A DNA stretch of 64,000 nt. Origin: Eledone cirrhosa (lineage: Eukaryota). Both the position numbers and the translations under genes were made by a program. The stretch spans positions 174,964,001 to 175,028,000 of the forward strand of contig OZ024743.1 of NCBI GenBank assembly GCA_964016885.1, given 5' to 3'. The notes beneath the pieces are model-generated. The model was given only the letters and a program-made list of their open reading frames with translations. It was not told where the DNA came from and searched no databases. This document shows positions 30,362 through 43,560 of the stretch, in pieces; within the stretch, counting starts at the first letter, position 1; every line of letters begins with the position of its first letter.

Positions 30362-30553
30362 GGTGGTGGATTGGCAGTATTGAGAGAGGGTCTGACGCCA
30401 TGCTTTGCAGCATAGAGTTACATCCCTTTACAGTCTGAGTTCAAATCCCGCCGAGGTTAACTTTGCCTTTCATCCTTACGGAGTCGATAAAATAAAGTAC
30501 CAGTAATACACTGGGCTAATTGCTGGCCTTGTGCCAAAAGTAGAAACAATTAT
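30362..30553 (+). mobile_element. tRNA-derived SINE
   Basis: Same family as 19566-19752. Confidence 0.75.
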
Positions 30554-30972
30554 TTGAGGAAGATTTCGCTGTTATTTCTAGAACGGATGTCAGCATACCA
30601 GCTAACTCGATGACCTTCTAGCACTTGGTCAATGAACACAAATATTCCAGCCGTGACCATCCAGTCTTTATTCCAGATATATCAAGAACTACAATATCCA
30701 ATGCTTTCTCTTTTTTTTTTTTTTTTTTTTTGTTTGACGGTGAGCTGTGGTTTGGGGAGAGAGTTGGCTGGTATTTCTAGCAAATTGAGCGACCACAAAG
30801 TTTCTATTTTGGCTTGGAGATCCCACGTTGTGCCCATAGTGCGAGAAATCGATATTTTCTTAATTCCTTACAGCATTTGAGGACCTCAAAAGAAAATAAT
30901 TTTTGTTTAATTATCTGAACGGAAGCCAATGCGTGGTCGCCAGCTATTTGAAAGAACTAACATGACAATGGT

Positions 30973-31071
30973 AGAAGAAGAAGAAGAAGAAGAAGAAGAA
31001 GAACAACAACAACAGCAGCAGCAGCAGCAGCAGCATCAGCGACGACGACGACGACGACAACAACAACAACA
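30973..31071. repeat. Compound trinucleotide microsatellite (GAA)(CAA)(CAG)(CGA)(CAA)
   Basis: Direct reading. Confidence 0.9.
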
Positions 31072-31124
31072 CATTACATTTCAATTGGTGATGTTTAATA
31101 ACTCTGATTTAAATCAAACGGCTT

Positions 31125-31597
31125 AGAAAGAACGGAGAACAAGGAACGAAAAATTATGAACGATAAACGGGGAAATGTGAACGGAGACCGGTAAACAGAA
31201 CGGTGAACAGAGAACGGTGGACAGTGAACAGAGAACAGAGAACGGTGGACAGAGAACAGAGAACAGAGAACGGTGGACAGAGAACCGTGAACAGAGAACG
31301 ATGTGTGGTGAACAGAGAACGGTGGACAGTGAACAGAGAACGGTGTGCGGGAAACAAAGAACGGTGTGCGATGAACAGAAACTGGTGTGCGGTGAACAGA
31401 GAACGGTGTGCGACAAACGGAAAACGGTGAACGGAGACTGTTTGTGCGGTGTGCGATGAACAGAGGATCGTGTGCGGTGAACAGAGAACGGTGTGCGGTA
31501 AACGGAGAACGGTGTGCGGTAAACAGAACGATGAACAGGGAGCGATGTGCGGTAAACAGGGAACGGTGTGCGGTGAACAGAGAGCGGTGAACGATGT
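31125..31597. repeat. Minisatellite, 21 bp unit gaacagagaacggtgtgcggt built from 7-mers
   Basis: Direct reading; explains the overlapping repetitive ORFs. Confidence 0.9.
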
Positions 31598-32075
31598 ACT
31601 ACCGCACACAGTATCGTTTACTAGAAGTTAAAGACAACAAATGGCGATGACGTCACACTAAAGAGTGAGAGATTCTCTCTTTAAGAGGCAGCACAATAAG
31701 AACAACATACTAAACTAATCAAATAAACGTGGATGGCATCCTAATTAACGGATTAATCAATCACTGACAGATTAGGATATCAATACAACGTGGGAAAGAC
31801 ATTTGCATTCTCTTACAGTTGCTATTGCAATTTATGCATATGTAAACAGGCACGGCATTGCACATGTGCATACATGTGTATATGTGTCTGTATTTGTATG
31901 TTGGTGTGTTTGGGTGTGTTTGGGTGTGGGGGGTGTTTGTGTGAGAATGTGGTTGTTTGTGTTTTTGTGTGAATGTGGGTGTGTATGTGTGTATTTTTGT
32001 GTGTGCGTGTGTGTATGTGTGTATGTGTGTGTACTTTTGTGTGTGTACTTTTGTGTGTGTACTTTTGTGTGTGTA

Positions 32076-32140
<65 letters not shown>

Positions 32141-32600
32141 ATATTGGACCTCCGTCGAATGCGACAAGGAATATTCCAGTTTTTTTATCAACTGAACAGT
32201 CTACCTGTCGTAAAATTAGCGTGCAACTGGCTGAGCATTTCACAGAAACGAACACCCTTGACGTAATTCTCAGGGAGATTCCACGTTACACAATGCATGA
32301 CAAGACATTTAAATCACAGATGCAACTCAATTTATTTCCAGCTAGGTGAACTGGCATAACATGAAATGAAGAGTCTTTTTCAGGGACTAAACGCGACAAC
32401 GCGAATCACACACCCCTTACCAATAAACCACGTGTCTTCAAATTACCGGTTTCACAGTTATTATGATTTTCAAAACCCTCCATCTCAATTTTACTTTTAA
32501 AAATTATAAGAACGGTGAAACCGGTAAAGTAAATAAATAAATATTCTTAAAAGAATCCAGTTGCATTTTCAATTTCTTTTCCTTATATATATATATATAT

Positions 32601-33287
32601 AAATTTTAGTACAACATTAACGAAGCTTTAGTTTGCGGCCAAGCTAACGAATGCAAATTCGGTATGTAGCTTTAGCATTCGGATGGGGAAAAGTGCTCCA
32701 GAGTAATAACAATACGTTTAGACAGCTTAGCAAATCAAATATAGCAATCAGCAGTCCAGCCGCATTACTAGAGCAACGAAAGTACAGGACTCAGGAAAAT
32801 ATTTTAGACTGACCTGTGAGGCTGAATGCAAAATATATAATGCATATCGTATAGCAAACGACATACATCACATACAGCACACAACATCAGCGCTAGGTTT
32901 CTGCAAATCCAAGATCGACAAATTCCGCTTGCAGGAGTCTGCAATTTAATGGTTTTTGACAACAGAACAAAGGATTTCCTTCCTCGGCAAGTCTTGTGTT
33001 CTTTTTAGCCTCCGCAGGTATGCTCTAGCATTAAATTTCGCTATAGACACGTGGTTTTCTCCAAAGGAGGTCACCCCCGCTTTGGCGGTGAATTCCAATT
33101 TGTGACAAAGGAATGAAATTCCTTTAGACAAACCGAATTAAGCACTCAACCAGAAGTTATCAAACAAACAAACAATTAATAAATCAATAGAATCGTCTAA
33201 TTAAATTAATCAGTTAATCGTTAATTCTAGGAGTAAAATACAAATTTTAGTACACCATTAACGAAGCTTTAGTTTGCGGCCAAGCTA
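32601..33287 (-). mobile_element. Non-coding 641 bp unit with 46 bp terminal direct repeat (family K)
   Basis: 32601-32646 matches 33242-33287 at 45/46; (TA)n flanks; homologous pieces at ~34820-35010(+) and ~36638-36810(+). Confidence 0.55.
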
Positions 33288-33527
33288 TATATATATATAT
33301 ATATATATATGGGGTAACAAATTATCGTTATAGGTAATCCAGTTAGAGGTTGTGAGTACTCTGTATTTATTCCGATGATTTGATTAGACATACACTGTAT
33401 TTAAGGTTGAGTGACACAACTTGGAGTGATTAACAACCTTTAGGCATCCTAATCAATAAAACAATTGTTAATACGGTAAATAAAATCCTTTTTGTACTGT
33501 TGACCATGTTATTCTTCACTCTTCCAC

Positions 33528-33611
<84 letters not shown>

Positions 33612-34003
33612 TATATATTTATATATATATATATATATAAAGAAAGAAGAGTAACATGTAGGCTGTACAATAAGGGTTTTATTTAAAGTACTGACAATTG
33701 TTTTGTTGATCAGATGTGTCTAGAGTTCGCTAATCACTTGGTGGTGTCAATCGATCTCCAATACATTGTTTATAACTGTTCAACTCATCAGAGCACATAG
33801 AAATGAAAATAATTTACTCGAGGCAAGACTTATATAGAAAAGTAGCGTAACACCAAAACAATAACATCAATAATAAAATCACTAATAAAATAGCGTTTAA
33901 ATAAAACAATAAACATCTTGTTGAGTCAAACAAAGCCGTACGTTAAAACTATCCACGACCAGGAGTATTCTGACTGGATTACCTATAACGATAACTTGTT
34001 ATC

Positions 34004-34059
<56 letters not shown>

Positions 34060-34515
34060 AATTAGTCCTTCATCAGTGATCTTCCAACCTTCATTGGTAT
34101 TTCATCGCTTTAAAAATCATATACCTCTGGTTGGTGCGAACAATAACTAAATAAAGTTATTGGGACAAGTAAAATAGCGTGAAGCGAGCGAGACATGTAA
34201 ACAAACAAAGATGGTATTGCAACGGAAAGATAGGAAGAGACAAGTACATGATATCTATAAGCTTAAGCTTGGTGAATTCATGGACGAGAGATACAGACCA
34301 TCCGGCATGGGTGAGATGTGAGCGAGAAAAGGATTTCACACAGGTCAAATGGGAGGAAGTGAGAGAGGGGGAGAAACAGAGAGTGAGTGAGTGGAAGTGT
34401 TAGGAAGAGGCCAGCCGAGAGAGAGTGTGACTGGCAGAGGGGGTAAAAAGAAGGTGAGAGATACAGAGAGAGGGGAAGCAGTAAGAAAGAAACAGACAAT
34501 CGCAGCTGAGGAAAA

Positions 34516-34692
34516 AATATATATATAAGAAAAATGGAGTGCTGCGTGGTTGCACATAGGTTACATATGAATAAAATTAGTCCTTCATCAGTGATCTTCC
34601 AAAGGTTGGAAGATCACTGATGATGGATTAATTTTATTCATATGTAACCCATGTGCAACCACGCAGCACTCCATTTTTCTTATATATATATT
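34516..34692. repeat. Near-perfect fold-back palindrome of family I, 87 bp arms, 3 nt loop
   Basis: 34516-34602 vs 34606-34692. Confidence 0.9.
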
Positions 34693-35008
34693 CAGTAATT
34701 TCCAAGTGGCGGTCCAGGTATGTTATATATACAGATATGTGCATAATGTATGTATGTATGTATATTTTTATATGTATATATATATGTGTGTGTGTATGTG
34801 TGTGTGCGTGTATTTCCTTTTCTCACTAGTCAGTTCTTTCGTTGCTACAGATCACGCGGCTGAATTAGAGGTCGCTATATTCAATTTGCAAAACCCTTTA
34901 AACTGTATGTTATTACTCTGAGGTATATAACTTGTCGAGTGCTTGGCTGCACTGCTGAAGGCATTCGTTGGCTTGGCTGCTGATCGAACTTCGAATATGC
35001 TGTACTAT

Positions 35009-35052
<44 letters not shown>

Positions 35053-35283
35053 GAAACACACAGATACATGCGGACACACACATATATACATGAATGCATC
35101 CGCACCCAACTGTGAGTTAAGGGTGCCGACTTCACCGATGTTGCTCAATGAATGACTGGGACAGACCAATTCAGTTTGAACCAGACTGAACCAGTATCAG
35201 AGTTAAAAATACATTATGAAGAGAGAAGAAACATTTAGATATAATTAGTAATAAAATGTATCATACCTAAACTGCTCCTAAAT

Positions 35284-35371
35284 TCCTCGACTACGTAGTT
35301 TCGTGGCATAAACAAAAACAATATATCAAAGATATAGAGTCCTTGCGAGGTCTGCCAACTTATCAAGAGGA
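35284..35371 (-). ncRNA. Type I hammerhead ribozyme, family G (U3-A8 variant)
   Basis: Reverse complement of 35873-35960. Confidence 0.7.
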
Positions 35372-35872
35372 TACCTCATTTTACTAGTCTCAAGAACGCG
35401 TCTACACGACGTGAGAAAGAATCCCAAAAGGCGGAGGGGGAGATAGTCACGCGATATAACGGTCGAGAAACAGAGCTAAGCCTCTTATAACCACGAAGAA
35501 AATACCACGGAGGCGGAGGGGGTATTCATATCGAGGCCGTAGAAGAGGTAGTGAAGAAGGCGAGAAGTATGAGTAATGGAAGCTTTCCAGTTGTCCCCAC
35601 ACTTCAAAGATTGCTCGACCAGAGGGAGTTATTAATATATTTAGAAACACACAGATACATGCGGACACACACATATATACATGAATGCATCACTACCTCT
35701 TCTACGGCCTCGATATGAATACCCCCTCCGCCTCCGTGGTATTTTCTTCGTGGTTATAAGAGGCTTAGCTCTGTTTCTCGACCGTTATATCGCGTGACTA
35801 TCTCCCCCTCCGCCTTTTGGGATTCTATCTCACGTCGTGTAGACGCGTTCTTGAGACTAGTAAAATGAGGTA

Positions 35873-35960
35873 TCCTCTTGATAAGTTGGCAGACCTCGCA
35901 AGGACTCTATATCTTTGATATATTGTTTTTGTTTATGCCACGAAACTACGTAGTCGAGGA
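35873..35960 (+). ncRNA. Type I hammerhead ribozyme, family G (U3-A8 variant)
   Basis: tcctc-TTGATAA-gttggca...tgccac-GAAA-ctacgtag-TC-gagga. Confidence 0.7.
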
Positions 35961-36029
35961 ATTTAGGAGCAGTTTAGGTATGATACATTTTATTACTAAT
36001 TATATCTAAATGTTTCTTCTCTCTTCATA

Positions 36030-36148
<119 letters not shown>

Positions 36149-36301
36149 ACTCATAAGTTTCTTTAATCCTAAGATTAAGTAGTTCAGTTATACATTTAAC
36201 GTCAAAACATATAGACTGGTTAAATGTGTTTACTTTTGTTTAAATATAAATCCTATTCGAAACGTCCGTAACACCCCCAAAATAAATTTCTGTGCATGTG
36301 A

Positions 36302-36357
<56 letters not shown>

Positions 36358-36487
36358 TATATATAATATATAACTTTGACTTAGATAACTTCAATTAACT
36401 TAATAGCATAAACTATATTTATATAAACTAACATTTTTTCCAATTCCATCCCGCTCGTCCCCTCAATCTATCATATTTCTCATTCTT

Positions 36488-36523
36488 TCTTCTGGTGAAG
36501 AACTAGCGACCGAAACGTTAAGA
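36488..36523 (+). ncRNA. Degenerate hammerhead, family E
   Basis: tctt-CTGGTGA-agaactagcgacc-GAAA-cg-TT-aaga; core A6G and stem II mismatches. Confidence 0.55.
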
Positions 36524-36810
36524 CCCTCTTCCTGCTATATCAAGCGTTAACCTAATATATACTTTCCATATACTGTACCGATTGTGTTGTTATTTCTGTT
36601 TACCTTTTACATACATATATATAGATTTTTTTTTCTTTTTTCGTTGTTTTGGCTGGGTTTTGCCTGCCACAATTTTCAATTTGTCAAGTTATTTAAACGT
36701 ATGTTATTACTCTGAGGACCTACCTTATTGAGTGCTTTGCTACTCATTCTTAATTGTAGGTCGACTTTGCTTGGCCACAGCCAAAGTTTCGATTTTACTA
36801 GGCTTCCACT

Positions 36811-36859
<49 letters not shown>

Positions 36860-37070
36860 GACGTAAGAAAAATTTTTTAAAAAATTTAAAATTAACTTAT
36901 TTTTTTAGTAAGTAAGTTAATTTTTAATTTTTTTTTTAATTTTTCTTATTTTACGTCTTTCATATTATTGTTCTGCATCCTCCTGCATTGAACCACCTAG
37001 GTACTATGACATAACTTATGTATTTGCTAGCATTAGTGAACATCTGTACGCATATGCTGGTAGATATACT

Positions 37071-37190
<120 letters not shown>

Positions 37191-37230
37191 GATATTAAAT
37201 AAATGGAAACTATATTTATAAAACCATATT

Positions 37231-37296
37231 TATTTCATTATATATATTTCAGGGATATCATATTAACAATATGTTATGCCTTCTTCAGACAAAATA
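37231..37296 (-). ncRNA. Type I hammerhead ribozyme, family C
   Basis: Reverse complement: tattttgt-CTGAAGA-aggcataacatatt..aatatgatatccct-GAAA-tatata-TA-atgaaata. Confidence 0.75.
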
Positions 37297-38181
37297 CAAT
37301 ATAGACAGTTTTATAGATAAATAGATTTGACATACCGTTCAACATCGACTTGTATTTGAAAAAGTTGATTTGGCAGTGAAAAATTGTAAACAGAAAGAAA
37401 GAAAGAAAGAAAGAAGGAAAGAAAGAATGAAAGAAAGAAAACGAAGAAAAAGAAGAAAAAGAAGAAATGCATGCAACAAAATAGAGAGATGGAAAGATAG
37501 ATAAAGAGAAGAACTTCATGTAAAGAAACAGAGAGATATATAGAGAGAGGAAGTAGATAGAGATAGATATATATAGAGAAAAGTAGGTAGTTGGACGACG
37601 TATCAATGATACATTTATTTATTTATTTATTTATTTAGCTCTAGTATTAATGTAAGGGAGATATATGTCGTTAGGAAAGAAACCAGCCGTTATATAGAGA
37701 GAAAAATGAAAAGTAACCAGACATAGGCGAGGCAGAATTCAAAAACCCTATGTTTTAATGTAGAAGTATTAGTTCGTATAAAAACCAGGCACTATAATGT
37801 AAATATCAGTATTCCTGAATGAGACACGTATCTATAATGTGTGAAAAGTAATGATCTTATGTCTAGTTTTAAAAATTCATATGTTTATATGATAACTACA
37901 AACATCGATGTGAATTTACGTGATCAACTCTGCAAACCCCTATTTCACACGGAGAACATTCTCATTGTGCTATAAAAATTTAAGTATACATATATGTGTA
38001 TATATACACACATATATATAGAGTCTATATTAATTTTAACAATACTATTCTTGTCTTTACTCTACATGATTATCTATCAAGCAGAAATAGAGAACAGATT
38101 TCAATATATTAATAAAAATATCAGAAACAAAAACAAAAAATAATAATAATAATAATAATAATAAAAATAAACAAATAAATA

Positions 38182-41100
38182 TCCTTCACTGCTACCACCG
38201 CTACAACACCATCACCACAGTAATACGATCACATCGCCACCACCACTTCCTCGGTATTGACATCACCACCACCACTGTCTCAGTATCGCTACCGCCGCCA
38301 GTCTTCCACTTCTTCTAGGTGGCTGCTGCCACCACATTATAGAATTCCTACTACTAAAAAAGAGGAAGGCATCAAAATAAATATATAGATAGACTCAAAA
38401 GAAAAAAGAAAAAACAAACAGCAAAACCAAAGCAGCACAGCAACAACAGCAAAAAACGAGAAAAACAAACAGAGAAAAACAAAAACAAAAAACGTAAAGA
38501 AAATAAGAATGAAGAGAGAAGCAGGCGGACGGACAGAGAAGAGGGGGGAAAAACTAAAACTAAAAAAACAAACACTAAGTCAGACATTCGAACACTACAT
38601 TACAATGAAACTTATGCTTATTCATTTTTGGGGCCCTTTCTGCCTGTGTGTTTGTTTGTTTATGTGTGTTCGTATACAGCGTGGTGATAATGCCACACAA
38701 GGGCCAAGTGGAACGGCTAATCCACAGATGGCTATGTAACCATACATTCGCCAATCCTCGATAAGAGTGTTTAAATATCGAACATAAACAGTTCGAATAA
38801 CGGTGAAATGGAAACTAGAACGTCATGTGACAGACTCACACCCAACAGGTGCCCCCTGGCTCAGCAGCAGGAACCTGACTGTCAACCAAATACTGCTGAT
38901 GTTGGAGGAAGAAGAAGAAGGAAAGGGGCCAGAACCAACTGGACTAAAGAATTGAATAGAACTGTTATGCAATGTTACCTGAAAAGTAACCCCAAGGAGA
39001 GGGGCTACAGGAGACGGATGCATAACATCTGGAACGAGATTGGTCTATTTAAATTAGATGAACAAAAATTGGCCGGGCAGGCTCGGGTAATAAGAACTAA
39101 TGGGTGGATAAGCGAGCTGGAACTGGAGGAACTGAGCAGAGAGAATGGCTTGGAGATGGCGGGTGTAGTATGCCAGACAAGCGAGACAGTGGGAAATGAA
39201 GGTGAAGAGGTCCTGAGAACGGAGGAACCACCCGAAGCAGACAATGATCTGAATACTGAGATAAATAATACCTGGAACAGAGATACGGCCACTGAGGAGA
39301 TGAATGCTGACGGGCTAGGACAAGATTCAGTTGACATCCTAAATTTAGTGGTAGATGAATTGAACAATGATAGTGGGAGACCTATGAACCTAAGATTTGT
39401 AGACAGGAAAAAGTTAAAAGAAACAACAGCTAAGGTAAACAAAGTCATCCCATACCTTGAGGCGAGGAGCCTTCACCAGTGCAACAATATCCTCAAAGCA
39501 ACAGCAAATACGGTGAGGAAACTACTTGGTATAAAAGCGAGAGGAAACAACAGACAAGAAAGAGAAGAGCCGTGGTGGAAGAAACGACTGAGTGGTCAAA
39601 TCGGGGAAATGAGAAATGACATAGGAAAGCTTGAGTCACTACTGAATGGGACACTAAAAAACATAGGCACTAAAAATAGACTGGAAATAAAGTACAAAAC
39701 TAGGAGGAAAAAGCTAAATATTATCATAGAGGAACTGAAGCAACGCATTGTAGCAAAGAGTGCCAAAATCAGGCGATACGAGAACAGAGTCAGTCAGTAT
39801 AAACAGAACCGCATGTTCGACAACAACCAGAAGATGCTGTTTGGACAGCTTGAGGGGAAAGAAAGAGGCAACGACTTGATCCCTGGGGCAGAGCAAACTA
39901 AAACATTCTGGAGAGGAATATGGGAGCAGGATGTTAGACATAATGTCCAGGCAGTGTGGATTGAGACAGTACAGAGGGAGATCGGTGAGCAGGCACACCA
40001 ACAAATTGATTTGAGTATCACAGTTGAAACTCTTAAGGGGCAGGCCAAAAAACTAACCAACTGGAAATCACCAGGCCCAGATGGTGTGCAGGGGTATTGG
40101 ATTTAAAATTTAACATCCCTCCACCCGAAGCTGACGGCCATGTTCAATGACTGCTTGGTGTCGGGTGAGGTGCCAGAGTGGTTGACAAAAGGTACCACAG
40201 TTCTGATAATGAAAGACCGAATCAAGGGTAATGATGTTACCAACTATAGACCTATCACATGTCTGTCCGTAATGTGGAAACTGTTGACGAGCATTGTGTC
40301 TGAGGAAATCTACCATCACCTCCACACAAACAACTTGTTACCGGACGAACAGAAAGGATGCCGAAAGAAGTCACGTGGTACAAAGGACCAGTTACTTATT
40401 GATAAGATGGTAATGGGGAATTGCAGGAGGAGACACACTGATCTTGCCATGGGATGGATAGACTACAGAAAGGCATTTGACATGGTGCCTCATTCCTGGA
40501 TCACCAAAAGCCTGGAGGTCTTCAGGGTGGCAGATAACATCAGACAGTTGCTGGGCAGGAGTATGGGGTCCTGGGAGACAGAGTTGACATCAACTGGAGT
40601 ATCCTTGGGAAGCGTGAAGATCAAGAGAGGTATCTTCCAGGGAGATAGCCTGTCCCCTCTGTTGTTTGTCCTTGCCCTGATGCCCTTGACCATTATGCTG
40701 CGAAAAGTGAGAGCAGGATACAAGTTTGGAAAGGGAGAGCTTACCATCAATCACCTCCTCTTCATGGACGATCTTAAGCTCTTCGGGAAAAGTGAGAAGG
40801 AGTTGGATGTGCTTGTTGACACTGTCCGTATTTTCAGCAGTGATATATGTATGCAGTTTGGTATTGGTAAATGTGGAGTCATTGTGATGAAGAGGGGTAG
40901 GTTGAGCAGAAGTAACGGGATCCAGATACCAACAGGTGAGATGATAAAGGAAATTGACTCTGAGGAAGGATACAAGTATTTGGGCGTTCTGGAGGGTGAT
41001 GGCATAAAGAATAAAAAAATGAAGGAATTGTTAAGAACTGAATACATTCGAAGAGTAAGGAGCGTATTGAAGTCACATCTGAACAGCAGAAATGCCATAA

Positions 41101-42310
41101 GCGCAGTAAATTCCCGAGCTGTGTCTATTATTAGGTACAGTGCGGGAATTCTGAGATGGAATGTTGCTGAACAAAAAGAAATGGATAGGAAGACTAGGAA
41201 GCTATTGACTATCTACAACATGTTCCACAAGAGGAGTGATGTCGATAGACTCTACCTAAGGATATCTGAGGGTGGAAGAGGTCTTATCAGCATAGAGGAC
41301 TGTGTTCAGATGGAGAAAAACAACCTATACAAATACGTGACCTATAGTAAGGAGCCAATGCTCAGAACTGTACTGAAGGAGGGGACAGTAGGCCAGGGGA
41401 TGTCCAAGGAGGAAATAACATCAAGGAGGAAGAGCAGCCTTAAGGGAAAATCCCTTCATAGTACCTTCTTTGAGAAAACTGAATTTAGAGATCCACAGAC
41501 ATGGAACTGGTTGAGAAGAGGAGACCTCAAAAAGGCTACAGAAGGAATGCTAATGGCTGCGCAGGAGCAGGCCCTCAAAACGAAGTGGTTGAAGCACCAT
41601 ATTTACAAGGAGGAGGCTAGCCCACTGTGCAGGATCTGTGGAGAGAGAGAGAGGAGACTGTGGCTCACATTGTGTTCGAGTGTAAACACCTAGCCCAGAC
41701 CCACTATAAGGGCTGGAGACACGATGTGATGGGCAGGGTGATCCACTGGCACCTGTGCAAAGTAAACAATTTACCACACTCTGAGAAATGGTATGAGCAT
41801 AGGCCAGAGGCGGTGATGGAGAACAATCAGGTGAAGGTGCTGTGGGATTTTAGGATACAGACGGACAAAAAACTGGAACACAATAGACCTGACCTGGTGG
41901 TTGTGGACAAAGAAAAAAGATCGTGTATGATTGTGGAAGTGGCCTGCCCTTTCGACACGAGAGTGCAAGAGAAGGAGAGGGAGAAAATTAACCGATACCA
42001 GGACCTAAAGTGGGAGGTGAAAAGGATTTGGAACTGCCATGAAGTCAAAGTGATCCCGATTGTCATAGGCGCACTGGGGACTATCTCCAAATGTTTCCAG
42101 GGATGGTTAAAGAAAATCGGCCCCGTCACGCTTTTTGGAACGCTTCAAAAGGCATGCTTGCTTGGAACAGCAAGAACCCTCCGATACGTCCTGAATATCT
42201 GAGGCTGCAGGTAGTGGCTTGATATTCATTCCAACGGACTTTTCAGTTAACCAACATCAATGACTGAGATTCAAGGAATAACAACAATAATAATAATAAT
42301 AATAATAATA
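38182..42310 (+). mobile_element. R4/Dong-clade non-LTR retrotransposon, copy 1 (5' boundary uncertain)
   Basis: Near-identical to copy 2; ends in an (AAT/AAC)n tract. Confidence 0.85.
38808..42202 (+). pseudogene. R4/Dong ORF with a nonsense codon (40104) and a +2 frameshift in a GA run (~41645)
   Basis: Comparison with the intact ORF 44646-48038. Confidence 0.9.
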
Positions 42311-42329
42311 ACAACAATAATAATAACGA

Positions 42330-43445
42330 CAACAACAACAATAATAATATACATATACATATATATATACATACACACGCACACACAAATATATCTATAC
42401 ACACACACACACGATAGCAACTAACAGCGCTGCGATCGAATGTGGCTTTTTAGCCCAGCCAATGATCTAAAATGTCTTGCACAGAGTCGGCAACCAAAGC
42501 ATTCACTGGGAATAGCCGGCTGTGGTTGGAGTTCATGTACTTTTGCATGTCGCTTGAGCCCTCCTGCTGATTTACATTCTCTACCACATGCTTGGCAAGC
42601 ATGATGAGTAGCATCCCCAACAGCAGCCTGGTAGTCAACCACTGGTCTTACTTTATGAATGCGAAGATGACTTTCGAGTCCAGCTTTGCTTAGGCAGATT
42701 CTCGCACGGACGCTGCATGTCAGCACCATAGGAGGACCCTCGCCGTCTGGAAGTGCAACAGCAATGCCCTTCCTCACATTCCGCTTTACTTTCTCATATG
42801 CGATTCGAGATGTCTCAAAGGCAACTTTTCCCTCATATACAGTCTTTCTCCATTTATTACGATCAGCAGCAATATTTTCCCATGTATCAGCAGAGATGTT
42901 AGCGTCTTTCAAAGAGGCTTTCAAGGAATCCTTATACCTCTTTTTTGGTTTATGTGGCGGACGTTTTCCTTTAACAATAAAAGAGTTGTTTTGGTATTCT
43001 AGAATCCTTCATCCTGGCAAGGTGACCACTCCAACGGAGTCGTTGCTTAAGCACAAGAGCTTATATACTGTCACACATAGAGCTTTCCAAAATCTCGACA
43101 TCACTGATGTGGTCCCTCCAGTGAACGCCATGGATCCGTCTGAGACACATCTGATGGAAACGCTCCAATTGCTTAAGGTGGTGTCGATATGTGACCCAGG
43201 TCTCGCAGGCATAAAGAAGACAAGAGAGTACACATGCCCTGTACACCTTTACCTTTGTCCTCCTGCATATGTCTCGCCGACCCCAGAGTCGACTTTCTAG
43301 CTTTCCGAAAACATCACTTGCTTTCCTAATCCTAAGTGAGATTTCACTGTCAAGGCTGCTGTATCGATTGACAGTGCTTCCCAGATAGACAAACTGATCA
43401 ACCACTCCAAGTCGTTTGCCATACACATAGATATTTGGTTCATAC
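42330..43445 (-). pseudogene. RTE-clade LINE 3' fragment with C2H2 fingers
   Basis: FVYLGS, LLYACETW, LERFHQMCLRRI; small deletion near 42975; copy of 54040-55172. Confidence 0.85.
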
Positions 43446-43511
43446 ATACATACATGATGGCTGCCCCCTCTTTATCGAGTATGGCCATTGCACGAGAAAG
43501 AAAAAAAAAAA

Positions 43512-43560
<49 letters not shown>

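Noticed and set aside
30929-31126. ORF with poly-E/Q/R
   Set aside because: Compound trinucleotide repeat with no domain or splice support
31123-31631. Repetitive ORFs or a CRISPR-like array
   Set aside because: 21 bp minisatellite with no unique spacers, no cas genes, eukaryotic context
33715-33800. CTGATGA..GAAC on the minus strand
   Set aside because: Stem III and cleavage site cannot be formed convincingly
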